This document shows positions 57,592 through 58,172 of a stretch of 58,172 bases of DNA, piece by piece. Numbering within the stretch: the stretch's first letter is position 1; every line of letters begins with the position of its first letter. Source of the DNA: a virus (lineage: Duplodnaviria; Caudoviricetes). Position numbers and translations under genes: made by a program. A model generated the notes under the pieces. It searched no databases, was not told where the DNA came from, and saw only the letters and a program-made list of their open reading frames with translations. The stretch spans positions 1 to 58,172 of the IMG/VR virus record IMGVR_UViG_3300028610_000686; one strand, 5' to 3'.

Positions 57592-58152
57592 ATGAAAGTA
57601 GCAACAGTACAACTAAAAAGCATGGCTTCGTATTCACAGGGTCGATACCATGATACCGAAAAACTTAACAAAGAAAGCCACGCAGATTATGAAGAAAGAA
57701 CATGGAGAAACAAACTGCACGTAAACAAAGACGGATTTGTATTCATTCCGGCGATGGCTTTTAAAAATTGCATTTCGGAGTGTGCAAAATATCTGAGTAT
57801 TCAGATACCAGGAAAAGGGAAAGCGACGTATACAAAACATTTTGACGCCGGTGTTATTGTCAGTGATGCTTTAGTTCTGGATACCAAGGCGGAAGATGTT
57901 GAATGTGAAAGACTATTCATCCCGAATCCGGGGACAACCTCAAGAGTTAAAAAATCGTTTCCAATTATTCATGAATGGAGTGGCGAAGTTAAGTTTTTCA
58001 TTCTTGACGAAACGATAACAGAAAAAGTTTTTACTGACCACTTAAAGCAAGCCGGTCAGTTTATTGGAATCGGAAGATGGCGCCCGAGAAATCGTGGATT
58101 ATACGGACGTTTTACCGTTGAAAGTGTTGATTTTGCACCTTATGAAATTTGA
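57592..58152 (+). CDS. Stand-alone RAMP/Cas7(Csm3)-like protein, 186 aa (Vipr-like candidate)
   Basis: N-terminal strand VQLKSMAS, VFIPAMAFKNCI (compare IPGSSxKG in RAMPs), C-terminal Gly-rich loop AGQFIGIGRWRPRNRGLYGRFTV. Start reassigned to the ATG after GGGG because the longer ORF runs through array 3. Confidence 0.7.
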   Translation: MKVATVQLKSMASYSQGRYHDTEKLNKESHADYEERTWRNKLHVNKDGFVFIPAMAFKNCISECAKYLSIQIPGKGKATYTKHFDAGVIVSDALVLDTKAEDVECERLFIPNPGTTSRVKKSFPIIHEWSGEVKFFILDETITEKVFTDHLKQAGQFIGIGRWRPRNRGLYGRFTVESVDFAPYEI

Positions 58153-58172
58153 TGTGGGGTTGATAGGCAGGT

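Noticed and set aside
1-58172. Integrase, att sites or terminal repeats
   Set aside because: No recombinase motifs were recognised and the window ends do not overlap, so lifestyle and completeness cannot be established.

Overview
AT-rich, near-complete tailed-phage genome with siphovirus-like gene order. It is cut inside the replication initiator at the left edge and just after a RAMP/Cas7-like gene at the right edge. Order: replication and many small early genes (1-8.5 kb); a putative DNA-modification cluster (methyltransferase-like, two PAPS-reductase/IbrA-like, two ParB/IbrB-like genes; 8.6-13.5 kb); terminase, portal, scaffold, P22-coat-like capsid, head-tail, tail tube, frameshifted tail chaperone, tape measure and duplicated LamG-like tail proteins (13.6-40.8 kb); amidase; a short minus-strand island with KilA-N; a recombination module (SMC-like ATPase, RecT/Bet, MBL hydrolase); two regions of structured tRNA-like ncRNA; an HTH repressor and a Pol-beta nucleotidyltransferase. 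The standout is at 56.55-58.17 kb: an RHH regulator, three non-coding arrays with strict 5-nt periodicity (G-[A/G/T]-Y-N-N) that each end in the same conserved tail, an unknown 163-aa gene, and a stand-alone 186-aa RAMP/Cas7-like protein. This looks like a compact RNA-guided system with a non-contiguous guide code. It resembles what I recall of the recently reported VIPR systems, but GAC rather than GGY dominates here. No integrase, reverse transcriptase or canonical CRISPR array was seen. All family calls come from motif recognition by eye; no searches were run.
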